Below, piece after piece: positions 28,545 through 38,094 of a stretch of DNA of 64,000 nt (the stretch's first letter is position 1; every line of letters begins with the position of its first letter). A model generated the notes under the pieces. The model saw only the letters and a list, made by a program, of their open reading frames with translations. It had not been told where the DNA came from and did not search any database. This DNA comes from Myxococcota bacterium (GTDB lineage Bacteria; Myxococcota_A; UBA9160; UBA6930). The position numbers and the translations under genes were made by a program. Location of the stretch: contig OZ245002.1 in the NCBI GenBank assembly GCA_965223415.1, positions 2,240,001 through 2,304,000 of the forward strand, read 5' to 3'.

Positions 28545-29663
28545 ATGGACTTCGCGTTCACGGAAGAGCAGACGACCGTGCAGGAGCTCGCCCGCGAGAT
28601 CCTGGGCAACGAGGCGAGCCTCGATCGGGTGAAGGAGGCGGAGCGCTCGGAGCACGGGCTCGACGAGGCGCTCTGGGCCCAGCTCGCCGAGGCGAACCTG
28701 CTCGGCATCGCCATTCCCGAGGAGCACGGCGGCATGGGGATGGGGATCCTCGAGCTGTGCTGCCTGCTCGAAGAGGTGGGCCGGCGGGTCGCGCCGGTGC
28801 CGGTGCTGGAGACGCTCGTGCTCGGGGCGCTGCCGCTGGCCGACCACGGCAGCGAGGCGCAGAAGGCCGCGTGGCTGCCGAAGGTCGCTGCCGGCGAAGC
28901 GCTCCTCACGGCCGCTCTCGACGACGCCGGCAGTGAGGACGTGCTCGCCCCGGCCACGACGGCGCGCCGGAACGGCGACGCCTGGGCCCTCTCCGGACGC
29001 AAGCGCTTCGTCGCCCTGGCGGGCCGCGCGGATCGGGTGCTGGTTCCCGCCTGGAGCGACGCCAAGCCGTCGCTCTTCCTCGTCGATCCGCGGGGAGCCG
29101 GCGTCGCCCTGGAGGGCGCCCGGATCTCGACCGGGGCTCCGCTCTACGAGATGGCCCTGGACGGCGCCCGCGGCGAGCTGCTGGGGGAGGAGGACGCGAC
29201 CGGCGCCCTGATCCGGCTGCGGGACGCGGCGCTCGTGGGCCTGGCGTCGCTGCAGACGGGGGTCTCCAGCGAGGCGATCGCCATCACGCGGGGCTACGTG
29301 AGCGAGCGCGAGCAGTTCGGCGTGCCGATCGGATCATTCCAAGCGGTGCAGCACCGCGCGGCCGACGGCTTCATCGATCTCGAGGCGCTGCGCTGGGTCA
29401 CCTGGCGGGCCGCCTACAAGATCGCCGCCGGCGAGCCGGCGGAGCGCGAAGCGCGGGTGGCCAAGTACTGGGCCGCCAACGCCGGTGCGCGCATCGCCGG
29501 AGCCTGCGTGCACCTGCACGGGGGCATGGGCTCGGACACCGACTACCCGATCCAGCGGTACTTCTTGTGGTCCCGCGCGCTGGAGCTATCCCAGGGTGGC
29601 GCGACGCCGCAGCTCGTCGCCCTCGGTCGCGACCTGGCCGCCTGCCGGCCCGGCGCCGCCTAG
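28545..29663 (+). CDS. Acyl-CoA dehydrogenase partner subunit (FadE28/FadE27-like)
   Basis: MDFAFTEEQ, REQFGVPIGSFQAVQHRAAD and HLHGGMGSDTDYP. Confidence 0.88.
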   Translation: MDFAFTEEQTTVQELAREILGNEASLDRVKEAERSEHGLDEALWAQLAEANLLGIAIPEEHGGMGMGILELCCLLEEVGRRVAPVPVLETLVLGALPLADHGSEAQKAAWLPKVAAGEALLTAALDDAGSEDVLAPATTARRNGDAWALSGRKRFVALAGRADRVLVPAWSDAKPSLFLVDPRGAGVALEGARISTGAPLYEMALDGARGELLGEEDATGALIRLRDAALVGLASLQTGVSSEAIAITRGYVSEREQFGVPIGSFQAVQHRAADGFIDLEALRWVTWRAAYKIAAGEPAEREARVAKYWAANAGARIAGACVHLHGGMGSDTDYPIQRYFLWSRALELSQGGATPQLVALGRDLAACRPGAA

Positions 29664-29673
29664 GAGGAAGGGA

Positions 29674-30093
29674 ATGGAGACCCGCAGCTTCGAGTCCGTG
29701 CACGCCGGTGACGAGCTCCCGCCGCTGGACGTCCCGGTCTCCGCGGCCATCATCGTCGGTGGCGCCGTTGCCTCGAACGACTTCACGCCGGTGCACCACG
29801 ACCGCTCGGCGGCGGTCGAGCAGGGTCTGCCGGACGTGTTCATGAACATCCTCACCACCAATGGCTACGTCGGCCGCTACGTCACAGACTGGGCCGGCCC
29901 CGACGCCCTGGTGAAGGGCGTGCGGCTCAAGCTGGGTGGCCCCAACATGCCTGGCGACACACTCAAGATCCGCGGCAAGGTGCTGGAGACGACCGACGAC
30001 GGCGTGGCCGTGGTCGAGGTGGCCGGCAACAACTCCTGGGGCAACCACGTGACGGCGACGGTGAAGGTCGCGCTGCCCCGAGCAGCGGCCTAG
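29674..30093 (+). CDS. chsH1: ChsH1-like MaoC hydratase subunit
   Basis: GDELPPL, DFTPVHHD, DVFMNILTTNG.V.RYVTDWAGP and GNHVTATV. Confidence 0.88.
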   Translation: METRSFESVHAGDELPPLDVPVSAAIIVGGAVASNDFTPVHHDRSAAVEQGLPDVFMNILTTNGYVGRYVTDWAGPDALVKGVRLKLGGPNMPGDTLKIRGKVLETTDDGVAVVEVAGNNSWGNHVTATVKVALPRAAA

Positions 30094-30105
30094 GAGGCGA
30101 GAGGG

Positions 30106-31275
30106 ATGCCCACCACCCTTCACGACGAGGCCGCGATCGTCGGCATCGGCCAGACGAAGTACTCGAAGAACTCCGGCGTGTCCGAGCTGGCGCTGGCCTG
30201 CGAGGCGGTGCGGAGCGCCATCGACGACGCGGGGATCGAGCCCGCGCAGGTCGACGGGCTGGTCACCTTCCTGATGGATTCGAGCGACGAGGTCGAGGTG
30301 GCGCGGGCCGTCGGCATCGGCGAGCTCCACCTCTTCAGCCGCGTCGCCTACGGCGGCGGCGGCGCCGTGGGCCTGGTGCACCAGGCGGCGATGGCCATCG
30401 CCACCGGCACCTGCGAGTACGTCGTGATCTACCGGGCCCTCAACGGTCGCTCGGGCCAGCGGATGGGGCAGGGCGTGTCCGGCGACATCGTTACCAGCGA
30501 TCTCATCCACTGGAGCTGGTACATGCCCTACGGGATGCTCACGCCGGCCAGCTGGGTGGCGTTCTGCGCCCAGCGCTACATGCACGAGTACGGCGCGACC
30601 TCCGAGGACCTGTGCCAGATCGCCCTCTCGACCCGCAAGCACGCGGTGAACAACCCGAACGCGGCCTTCTACGAGAAGCCACTCACCCGGGAGGACTACT
30701 TCGGCTCGAAGATGGTGACCGAGCCGCTGCGGCTCTTCGACTGCTGCCAGGAGACCGACGGTGGCTGCGCCATGGTGATCACCTCGCCCGAACGTGCGAA
30801 GGACCTGAAGCAGAAGCCGGCGCTGGTCCGCGGCGTGTCCCAGGCCAGCGCCGCGGGCCAGGAGCAGATGACGAGCTTCTACCGCGACGACATGGCGGCG
30901 CTCCCGGAGATGGAGCTCGCCGGCAAGCAGGTCTACGAGCAGAGCGGCCTCGGCCCCGACGACATCGATGCCACTGTCCTCTACGACGCCTTCACCCCGG
31001 AGGTGCTGATCCAGCTCGAGTCCTTCGGCTTCTGCAAGAAGGGCGAAGCCAAGGACTTCATCCGGGACGGCGCCCTCGAGGTCGGCGGTCGCCTCCCCAA
31101 CAACACCCACGGCGGCCTGCTGAGCGAGGCCTACATCCACGGCGTGAACAACATCGCCGAAGGCGCCCGCCTCATCCGCGGCCAATCCTGCAACCAGCCC
31201 GAGAACGTCGAGCACGTCCTCGTCAGCAGCGGCGTCGGCGTCCCCACCGGCGCCCTCATCCTCGGCCCCTCCTGA
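30106..31275 (+). CDS. ltp2: Ltp2 steroid side-chain aldolase (thiolase superfamily)
   Basis: AAIVGIGQT..SKNSG.SEL.LA, YRALN.RSG.R, PLRLFDCCQETDGG, LYD.FTP and NTHGGLLSEAYIHG. Confidence 0.88.
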   Translation: MPTTLHDEAAIVGIGQTKYSKNSGVSELALACEAVRSAIDDAGIEPAQVDGLVTFLMDSSDEVEVARAVGIGELHLFSRVAYGGGGAVGLVHQAAMAIATGTCEYVVIYRALNGRSGQRMGQGVSGDIVTSDLIHWSWYMPYGMLTPASWVAFCAQRYMHEYGATSEDLCQIALSTRKHAVNNPNAAFYEKPLTREDYFGSKMVTEPLRLFDCCQETDGGCAMVITSPERAKDLKQKPALVRGVSQASAAGQEQMTSFYRDDMAALPEMELAGKQVYEQSGLGPDDIDATVLYDAFTPEVLIQLESFGFCKKGEAKDFIRDGALEVGGRLPNNTHGGLLSEAYIHGVNNIAEGARLIRGQSCNQPENVEHVLVSSGVGVPTGALILGPS

Positions 31276-31280
31276 CCAAG

Positions 31281-31316
31281 GTGTTGCGTTAGGGGCCGGT
31301 TCCGTTTGTTGCGTTG
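31281..31316 (+). repeat. 36-bp intergenic REP-like repeat, copy 1
   Basis: GTGTTGCGTTAGGGGCCGGTTCCGTTTGTTGCGTTG, identical to 57766-57801. Followed by a CTCCC-TTCG-GGGAG hairpin (31317-31330). Confidence 0.85.
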
Positions 31317-31348
31317 CTCCCTTCGGGGAGAGTGAGGAGAACATCAGC

Positions 31349-32530
31349 ATGCCCGAAGCCGTCATCGTCGAAGCGCTGAGGACGCCCATTGCCCGGGGCA
31401 AGATGGGCAAGGGCGATCTCTCGGGGCTGCACGCGGCCCACCTGCTCGGAAATGTCCAGCGGGGCGTCATCGAGAAGGCCGGGATCGAGCCGAAGGACGT
31501 CGACCAGATCTTCGGCGGCTGCGTCACCCAGGCGGGAGAGCAGTCGAACAACATCACCCGCCACGCCTGGCTCTCGGTGACGCCGGACGACTACTCGACC
31601 GCCGGCACCACCATCGACGTGCAATGTGGCTCAGGCCAGCAGGCGAACAACCTGGTGAACGCCCTCGTGAAAGGCGGCTCGATCGACGTCGGCATCGCCT
31701 GCGGTATCGAGCTGATGAGCCACGTGGGCCTGGGCATGAACGTGATGAACGGCCCGGGCTACTTCATCCCGGACGGCTTTCCCTACGACGCACCCATGTC
31801 CCAGTTCATCGGCGTCGAGCGGATCGCCGAGAACTTCGGCATCACCCGCGACGAGACGGACCAGCTCGGCCTGCGCAGCCAGACCCTCGCCAGGCAGGCC
31901 TGGGACGAGGGCCGCTTCGATCGGGAGATCCTGCCGATCGAGGCGCCGGTGCTGGGCGACGACGGTGCGCCGACCGGCGAGACCCGGACCGTCACCCGCG
32001 ATCAGGGCCTGCGCGACACCACCCTCGAGGGCCTGCAGGCGCTGAAGCCCGTCCAGGAAGGCGGCGTCCACACCGCCGGGACCTCGTCCCAGGTGTCCGA
32101 CGGTGCCGCGGCGCTGCTCTACATGACCGCCGAGCGCGCCAAGGAGCTGGGCCTGCGGCCCCGTGCCCGCATCCTGCACGACGTGGTGACCGGCTGCGAC
32201 CCCACCACCATCCTGGAGGGGCCGATCGACGCCACCCGCAAGATGCTGTCGCGGTCCGGGATGACGTTCGGAGACATCGACCTCTTCGAGTGCAACGAGG
32301 CCTTCGCCGCGGTCGTGTTGGCGTGGCTCAAGAGCTACCCGGAGATCGACATCGACAAGGTCAACGTGAACGGCGGGGCCATCGCGCTGGGCCATCCGGT
32401 CGGCGCCACCGGCTCGCGGCTCCTCGTGACGGCGCTCCACGAGCTGGAGCGCACCGACAAGAGCACCGCCTTCATCACCATGTGCTGCGGCTCCGCCGTC
32501 GGCACCGCCACCATCATCGAGCGCGTCTAG
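31349..32530 (+). CDS. fadA5: Steroid 3-ketoacyl-CoA thiolase, FadA5-like
   Basis: GGCVTQAGEQSNNITR.AWL, TIDVQCGSGQQAN, RDQGLRDTT, NEAFA, GHPVGATG and MCCG. Confidence 0.85.
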   Translation: MPEAVIVEALRTPIARGKMGKGDLSGLHAAHLLGNVQRGVIEKAGIEPKDVDQIFGGCVTQAGEQSNNITRHAWLSVTPDDYSTAGTTIDVQCGSGQQANNLVNALVKGGSIDVGIACGIELMSHVGLGMNVMNGPGYFIPDGFPYDAPMSQFIGVERIAENFGITRDETDQLGLRSQTLARQAWDEGRFDREILPIEAPVLGDDGAPTGETRTVTRDQGLRDTTLEGLQALKPVQEGGVHTAGTSSQVSDGAAALLYMTAERAKELGLRPRARILHDVVTGCDPTTILEGPIDATRKMLSRSGMTFGDIDLFECNEAFAAVVLAWLKSYPEIDIDKVNVNGGAIALGHPVGATGSRLLVTALHELERTDKSTAFITMCCGSAVGTATIIERV

Positions 32531-32550
32531 CCGCTCCGGGAGAAAGAGAG

Positions 32551-33471
32551 ATGGGAATCCTCGACGGAAAGGTCGCCATCGTCACTGGCGCCGGGCAGGG
32601 CCTCGGGCGCATCGAAGCCTTGGAGCTGGCCCGCCACGGCGCCAGTGTGGTCGTCAACGATCTCGGCACGCAGGCCGACGGCACGGGCTCGAGCGAAGAG
32701 CCGGCCCGGAACGTCGTGAGGGAGATCGAGGCCCTCGGCGCCAAGGCCACTGCCGCCTTCGGGGACGTTGCCGATTGGGAGGACGCGGAGCGGATCGTCC
32801 GCGCGGCCGTCGGCACCTTCGGCGATCTCAACATCATGATGAACAACGCGGGCTTCTCCCGCGACGGCATGATCGTGAAGATGACCGAGGACATGTGGGA
32901 CTCGGTGATCCGGGTCCACATGAAGGGCCACTTCAACATGATCAAGCACACCATGGACTACTGGCGCGAGAAGTCGAAGGCCCAGGGGGGCGAGCCCCTC
33001 TACGGCCGGCTGATCAGCACCGCGTCGGACTCCTTCCTGATGGGCAACGTCGGCCAGCCGAACTACGCGGCGGCCAAGGCGGGCATCACCTACCTCACGA
33101 TGTCCGCGGCCCGCGAATGCCAGCGCTTCGGTGCCACCGCCAACGTGATCCTGCCCCGCGCCCGCACGCGCATGACGAACACGGGGCCCTGGGCGGCGAT
33201 CTTCGAGAAGCCGGAGGAGGGCTTCGATACCTTCTCCCCCGAGCACATCGGGCCGCTGGTCGCCTGGCTCGCCTCGCCCCAGGCCGGCCACGTCTCGGGC
33301 CACGTGCTGCAGCTCTGGGGCAAGCACATCCGGGTCTACGAGCGTCCCCAGCCGGCTCTCGACCACGAGAACGAGAACGAGTGGAGCGTCGAGGAGCTCG
33401 ACAAGGTGCTCGGCAGCTTCTTCGACGGGAAGAAGCCGATCGACGACGGGTTCCTGCTGCCGATGGCCTAG
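32551..33471 (+). CDS. SDR 3-hydroxyacyl-CoA dehydrogenase (ChsB1/Rv3502c-like)
   Basis: TGAGQGLG, VVVNDLG, NNAG and GQPNYAAAKAGI, in a steroid operon context. Confidence 0.85.
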   Translation: MGILDGKVAIVTGAGQGLGRIEALELARHGASVVVNDLGTQADGTGSSEEPARNVVREIEALGAKATAAFGDVADWEDAERIVRAAVGTFGDLNIMMNNAGFSRDGMIVKMTEDMWDSVIRVHMKGHFNMIKHTMDYWREKSKAQGGEPLYGRLISTASDSFLMGNVGQPNYAAAKAGITYLTMSAARECQRFGATANVILPRARTRMTNTGPWAAIFEKPEEGFDTFSPEHIGPLVAWLASPQAGHVSGHVLQLWGKHIRVYERPQPALDHENENEWSVEELDKVLGSFFDGKKPIDDGFLLPMA

Positions 33472-33475
33472 CATC

Positions 33476-34501
33476 GTGCGGGTTTACGCGGCCGTCGACG
33501 ACGTCCATCTCCCGCTGACGGGCTACCCGGCCCATGCCCAGCGCGCGGAGAGGCTGGGCTTCGACGGGCTGATCGTCCCGGAGGCTGTGAACGACGGCAT
33601 CCTCGGCTCGCTGCTGGCGCTCGAGCACACCGAGCGCCTGCAGGTGCTGACCGGCGTCGTCGTCGCCTTCGCCAGGAGCCCGATGCTCCTGGCCCAGGAC
33701 GCCTGGGCGCTCGCGAAGATGAGCGGCGGTCGCTTCGGCCTCGGCCTCGGCCCCCAGGTGAAGGGCAACGTCGAGAAGCGCTTCGGCATGCCCTGGTCGG
33801 CGCCGGCCGCGCGGATGCGCGACTACGTCGGCGCCCTGCGCGCCGTCTTCGACTGCTGGCAGAACGGAACGCCGCTGCGGTACGAGAGCGAGAGCTACAC
33901 GCTCACGCGCATGCAGCCCTTTTTCAGCCCCGGCCCGATCGAGCACCCGGAAATCCCGATCGTGCTCGGCGCGATCGGGCCGAAGATGACCCGGGTCGCC
34001 GGCGAGGTAGCGGACAAGGTGGTCGCGCACCCGACGAACTCGAGCCCGGGATACCTGCGCGACGCCTTGCAGCCGGCTCTCGCCGACGGCGCCAAGGCGG
34101 CGGCGCGCGACGCGGCCGGCATCGAGATCATCGCCAACCCGATGACCGCGACCGGCGTGGACGCCGAGGCCGTCGCCGCCGAACGCGAGGCCGCCCGCGA
34201 GGTGCTCACCTTCACCTACTCGACTCCTGCCTACTGGGCGACCCTCGAGCACCACGGCTGGGGCGACGTTGGGCGCCAGCTCCTCGAGAAGACCCGGAGT
34301 GGAGACTGGGCCGGCATGAACGGGCTTGTGACCAACGAGATGCTCGACGTGCTCGTGCCGTCGGCGCCCTACGACGAGATCGCGGCGACGCTCCGCGAGC
34401 GCTACGCGGGCGCGGCCTCTGCGATCAGCCTGCGCATGCCGCGGGACCCGGCCGACGACGCGCGCTTCGCCGGGGTGGTGGCGACCTTGCGGGAAGGCTA
34501 G
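33476..34501 (+). CDS. LLM-class, probably F420-dependent oxidoreductase (TIGR03617-like)
   Basis: VAFARSPM, SGGRF.LGLGPQVK...EKRFGMPWS.PAARMRDYV, TRMQPFFSPGP and YSTPAY. Confidence 0.85.
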   Translation: MRVYAAVDDVHLPLTGYPAHAQRAERLGFDGLIVPEAVNDGILGSLLALEHTERLQVLTGVVVAFARSPMLLAQDAWALAKMSGGRFGLGLGPQVKGNVEKRFGMPWSAPAARMRDYVGALRAVFDCWQNGTPLRYESESYTLTRMQPFFSPGPIEHPEIPIVLGAIGPKMTRVAGEVADKVVAHPTNSSPGYLRDALQPALADGAKAAARDAAGIEIIANPMTATGVDAEAVAAEREAAREVLTFTYSTPAYWATLEHHGWGDVGRQLLEKTRSGDWAGMNGLVTNEMLDVLVPSAPYDEIAATLRERYAGAASAISLRMPRDPADDARFAGVVATLREG

Positions 34502-35079
34502 GCGTTCGGAACCGCCTCGAGGAAGCGCTCGAGGTTTGCCCAGAGCTCGTCGCTCTCCAGGTGGAAATCCGCCGAAAAGACCACGAGGGCGGCCCGGTGC
34601 TCGTCGAAATCCCGGGTGAGCAGGTATTCGGTCGCGCTTCTCTCCATGCCGTGGCGATCGGTCAGGTCGATCTCGTACGCCTCGAAGGTCTCCGGCTGCG
34701 CACCGACCTGGAAATCGATCTCGCCGATGTTCCGTGCCTGGAACGCCTGCATCCCCATGCCCTCGCGCATGATCCGTTCGAGGAGCGCCTGGATCTTGAA
34801 GCGCGGATAGGCCTCCGGCAGCTCGAGGAGGTAGACCGACAGCCGCTGCTCGACGTCGCCGGCCGCTTCGAGGCAGGTGAACTGGATCATCCGGAACGCG
34901 CCCGTGTAGCCGACGGTGGGTACGAAGCACTCGCCCCCCGCGATGCCCGGCCAGGCGCGCTCGGCCATCGGGCCTAGCCGGTGCGTCCCGGTGACGGGAA
35001 GGATCGGGCCGCTGATCTCCTTGGCTCCGGAGCCGCAGCCCAGGGCGAGGAGCAGCGGGATCGTGGCGAAAGAGCGCAT
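34498..35079 (-). CDS. Hypothetical lipoprotein
   Basis: ATG 35079 followed by lipobox LALGC. No family recognised. Confidence 0.65.
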   Translation of the reverse strand: MRSFATIPLLLALGCGSGAKEISGPILPVTGTHRLGPMAERAWPGIAGGECFVPTVGYTGAFRMIQFTCLEAAGDVEQRLSVYLLELPEAYPRFKIQALLERIMREGMGMQAFQARNIGEIDFQVGAQPETFEAYEIDLTDRHGMERSATEYLLTRDFDEHRAALVVFSADFHLESDELWANLERFLEAVPNA

Positions 35080-35194
35080 GGGTCTCGTATCGGCGCGCCA
35101 GTCCTCGGGGCTGAGCGGGTGCGGCACCCGGGTCCGTCGGCCGCCGGTGCCAGAGCGGCTTGCGCCGCCCCGGCGGCCGTGGTTGAGTGCAGCG

Positions 35195-36445
35195 ATGGCA
35201 CGCCCGTCCCGGCTGCTCGCGGCTTCGCTCGTCCTGGGCCTGTGCGCCGCCCCCACCCACGCCGATCTCCCCGTCGAGCCCACTGGTCGCGTGCTCACCC
35301 TTCCCGCACCGAGCTCCCACTGGGCCTGGGTCGGCGACCCGGTGCTGCGCCGCTCGACCCTCGTCGATCTCGAGAGCGGTCGCATGCTGGGGATGCTCTC
35401 GGCCGGCTTCGGACCGGTCATGCCGCTCACCGCCCTGGGCCGCGGCGAGGTGTACGTCCCCGAGACCCACTACTCCCGCGGCAGCCGCGGCGAGCGCACG
35501 GACGTGCTCACGATCTACGACGCCACCACACTCGGGCCCGTCGGCGAGGTGGTACTCCCGCCGAAGCGCGCGATCAGCGCCGTGCCCGGCCATCACGCCG
35601 CCCTCACCGATGACGAGCGCTTCGCGGTGGTCTTCAATCTGACCCCGGCCCAGTCCATCAGCGTGGTGGACGTGGCCGAGCGGCGCCTGGCCGGGGAGAT
35701 CGCGACGCCGGGCTGCAGCCTCGTCTACCCAGCAGGCCCGCGGCGCATCGCCATGCTCTGTCTCGACGGCGCCCTCCTGCTGGTGACCCTCGACGAGCGG
35801 GGTGCCGAGGCCGCTCGCCTGCGCACGGAGCCGTTCTTCGATCCGGAGGCGGACCCGATCACGGAGAAGGGCGTTCGTGTCGGCGATCGCTGGCTCTTCG
35901 CCTCCTTCGACGGCTGGCTGTACGAGGTCGACTTCTCCGGCGCCGAGCCCGCCTTCTCCGAGCCCTGGTCGTTGCTGACCGGCGGCGAGAGAGCCGACGA
36001 CTGGAAGGTGGGCGGCACCCAGCACCTGGCCGTGCACCAAGAGAGCGGCCGCCTCTTCTCCCTCTTCCATCAGGGCGGGCTGGATTCGCACAAGGACCCG
36101 GGCAGCGAAATCTGGGTGTACGACCTGGCGAGCCGGGAGCGCGTGCAACGCATCGAGGTGAAGAGTCCGGGCGTCACGGTGATGGGGGTGCCGATCGAGG
36201 CGCCCGAGAGCTGGATCTGGCCCTTCGGCGCGATGGCGAACGGGATGATCGGCGCAGTCGGTGCGGGCATGGGCACCGACGAGATCCGGGTGACCCGCGG
36301 CGAGGATCCGCTGCTGGTCGGCGCGTCCAACTTCACCGGCGGCCTCGCCCTCTACGATGTGGCGACCGGCACGTTCCTGCGCCGCATCTACACCGGCAAC
36401 ATGACCAACATGGGAGTGCTCGCGCCGTTCGGGGGCGCCCGATGA
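35195..36445 (+). CDS. mauB: TTQ amine dehydrogenase heavy (beta-propeller) subunit
   Basis: Signal peptide, ETHYSRGSRGERTDV, VFNLTPAQSISVVD, TPGC, GGTQ and SHKDPGSEIWVYD. Confidence 0.92.
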   Translation: MARPSRLLAASLVLGLCAAPTHADLPVEPTGRVLTLPAPSSHWAWVGDPVLRRSTLVDLESGRMLGMLSAGFGPVMPLTALGRGEVYVPETHYSRGSRGERTDVLTIYDATTLGPVGEVVLPPKRAISAVPGHHAALTDDERFAVVFNLTPAQSISVVDVAERRLAGEIATPGCSLVYPAGPRRIAMLCLDGALLLVTLDERGAEAARLRTEPFFDPEADPITEKGVRVGDRWLFASFDGWLYEVDFSGAEPAFSEPWSLLTGGERADDWKVGGTQHLAVHQESGRLFSLFHQGGLDSHKDPGSEIWVYDLASRERVQRIEVKSPGVTVMGVPIEAPESWIWPFGAMANGMIGAVGAGMGTDEIRVTRGEDPLLVGASNFTGGLALYDVATGTFLRRIYTGNMTNMGVLAPFGGAR

Positions 36446-36975
36446 GCGTCGATCCGCTGGTCCACCACCTTCTGCAGCTCGCTGGCGCGCTGCTCTTCGC
36501 CTCGGCGGCGCTGCACAAGCTGCGCGATCCGGCGGCCTTCCGCTCGGCGCTGGCTGGCTACCGGCTACTTCCGGACGCGCTGGTTCCGGCCACGGCTCGC
36601 GGGCTCCCGGCGGCGGAGCTCGGGGTCGCGGCGGCCCTGCTCGTTCCGGCGCTCACGCCGGTGGGGGCTGCCGCCGGTGCGGCGATGCTGGCACTGTACG
36701 CCGCCGCCGTGGCGATCAACCTCCTGCGCGGGCGGCGCGAGATCGATTGCGGCTGCGGGGGTGTCGGTGGCTCGCGCCCGCTCGGCGCCTCCCTCGTCGC
36801 GCGAAACGTGCTGCTCGTGCTCGCCCTGTCCGCGCTCTTCGCTCCCGTCGTCGAGCGCCCCTTCTCGCCGCTCGACGTCTGGGTCCTGGGCCTGGCCACC
36901 GGTACGTTCGCCCTGCTCTACGCCGCCGTCGACGTCGCCCTCGCCAACGCCGCCCGGCAGCGGGAGGCCTTCTGA
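36442..36975 (+). CDS. mauE: MauE membrane protein
   Basis: HKL..P..F...L.GYRLLP, INLLRGRREIDCGCGG and RN. Confidence 0.9.
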   Translation: MSVDPLVHHLLQLAGALLFASAALHKLRDPAAFRSALAGYRLLPDALVPATARGLPAAELGVAAALLVPALTPVGAAAGAAMLALYAAAVAINLLRGRREIDCGCGGVGGSRPLGASLVARNVLLVLALSALFAPVVERPFSPLDVWVLGLATGTFALLYAAVDVALANAARQREAF

Positions 36976-37589
36976 TGGATCCGCTGGTCGCCTCGAACGC
37001 GGTGCTGTGGGTGCTGGTGCTCGCGCTGGCGGGCGTCGTGCTCGCCCTGCTGCGGCAGGTCGGCGTGCTGCATGAGCGCATCGCACCGGCGGGCGCGCTC
37101 GTCGGAAGCGAGCGTCCCGCGGTCGGGGAGGAGGCGCCGGTCCTCGAGCTCACGGACTGGAACGGTGAGATCCTCCGGCTCGGCGGCGCGGCCCCGGACG
37201 GCGCCGACACGCTGCTCTTCTTCGTCTCGCCGACCTGCCCGGTGTGCAAGAGCCTGCTGCCTGTGGTGCGCTCGGTGCGGGATGCCGAGAAGCTCCGCCT
37301 CGTCGTGGCCAGCGACGGCGAGCGCGAGGAGCACGCGCCCTTCGCCCTGGCCCACGGGCTGGCGCAGGAGCGCTACGTGCTCTCGGCCCCGCTCGGTCTC
37401 GCCTATCAGGTGGGCCGACTGCCCTACGCCGTGCTGATCGGCGCCGACGGCGTGGTGAAGGCGCGGGGGCTCGTGAACCAGCGCGAGCACGTGGAGAGCT
37501 TGCTCGAGGCCCGCGACCGCGGCGTGGCCTCGCTCCAGGAATTTCGGAAGGAAGCGCGCAATGGCACCCATCGACGACTGGTTCGCTGA
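36975..37589 (+). CDS. mauD: MauD thioredoxin-like maturation protein
   Basis: LRQVGVLHERIAPAGAL, SPTCPVCK, LPYAVL and GLVNQREHVESL. Confidence 0.93.
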   Translation: MDPLVASNAVLWVLVLALAGVVLALLRQVGVLHERIAPAGALVGSERPAVGEEAPVLELTDWNGEILRLGGAAPDGADTLLFFVSPTCPVCKSLLPVVRSVRDAEKLRLVVASDGEREEHAPFALAHGLAQERYVLSAPLGLAYQVGRLPYAVLIGADGVVKARGLVNQREHVESLLEARDRGVASLQEFRKEARNGTHRRLVR

Positions 37590-38094
37590 GCTCAGCCGCA
37601 AGGTCGCGCGGCGCACCTCGCGTCGCGGCTTCCTGGCGGGCCTCGGCGCGGCCCTGGTCGGCGGTGGAGCCGCGCTGCCGGTCGCCCGCGCCGGCGCCCA
37701 GGAGCGGGAGGCCGCACCCGGCGAGCCTTCCTTGGATGTTCCCGAGGGCGACCCGGAGGCCTGCACCTACTGGCGCTACTGCGCCGTCGACGGCTTCCTG
37801 GCCAGCTGCTGCGGCGGCAGCCACACGGCCTGCCCGCCCGGCACCGAGATGTCGCCGATCACCTGGCTCGGCACCTGCCGCAACCCGGAGGACGGCAAGG
37901 AGTACGTGATCTCCTACAACGACTGCTGCGGCAAGGAGACCTGCGGCCGCTGCTTCTGCCGCCGCACCGAAGGCGACAAGCCCATCTACTACACCCACAA
38001 GAACAACGACATCGACTGGTGCATGGGGACGTCGAGCGTGATCTACAACTCGACGGTGGCGATCGTGGTCGGGGTCTCGACCAAGAAGGGATGA
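37561..38094 (+). CDS. mauA: TTQ amine dehydrogenase light subunit (AADH/MADH-like)
   Basis: Tat motif SRRGFL, CTYWRYCAVDG, CPPG, ITWLGTC and NDIDWC (both TTQ Trp present), and YNDCCG. Confidence 0.93.
   Translation: MAPIDDWFAELSRKVARRTSRRGFLAGLGAALVGGGAALPVARAGAQEREAAPGEPSLDVPEGDPEACTYWRYCAVDGFLASCCGGSHTACPPGTEMSPITWLGTCRNPEDGKEYVISYNDCCGKETCGRCFCRRTEGDKPIYYTHKNNDIDWCMGTSSVIYNSTVAIVVGVSTKKG

Noticed and set aside
31281..31316. 36-bp repeat as a CRISPR direct repeat
   Set aside because: Only two isolated copies 26 kb apart, with no spacers or cas genes.
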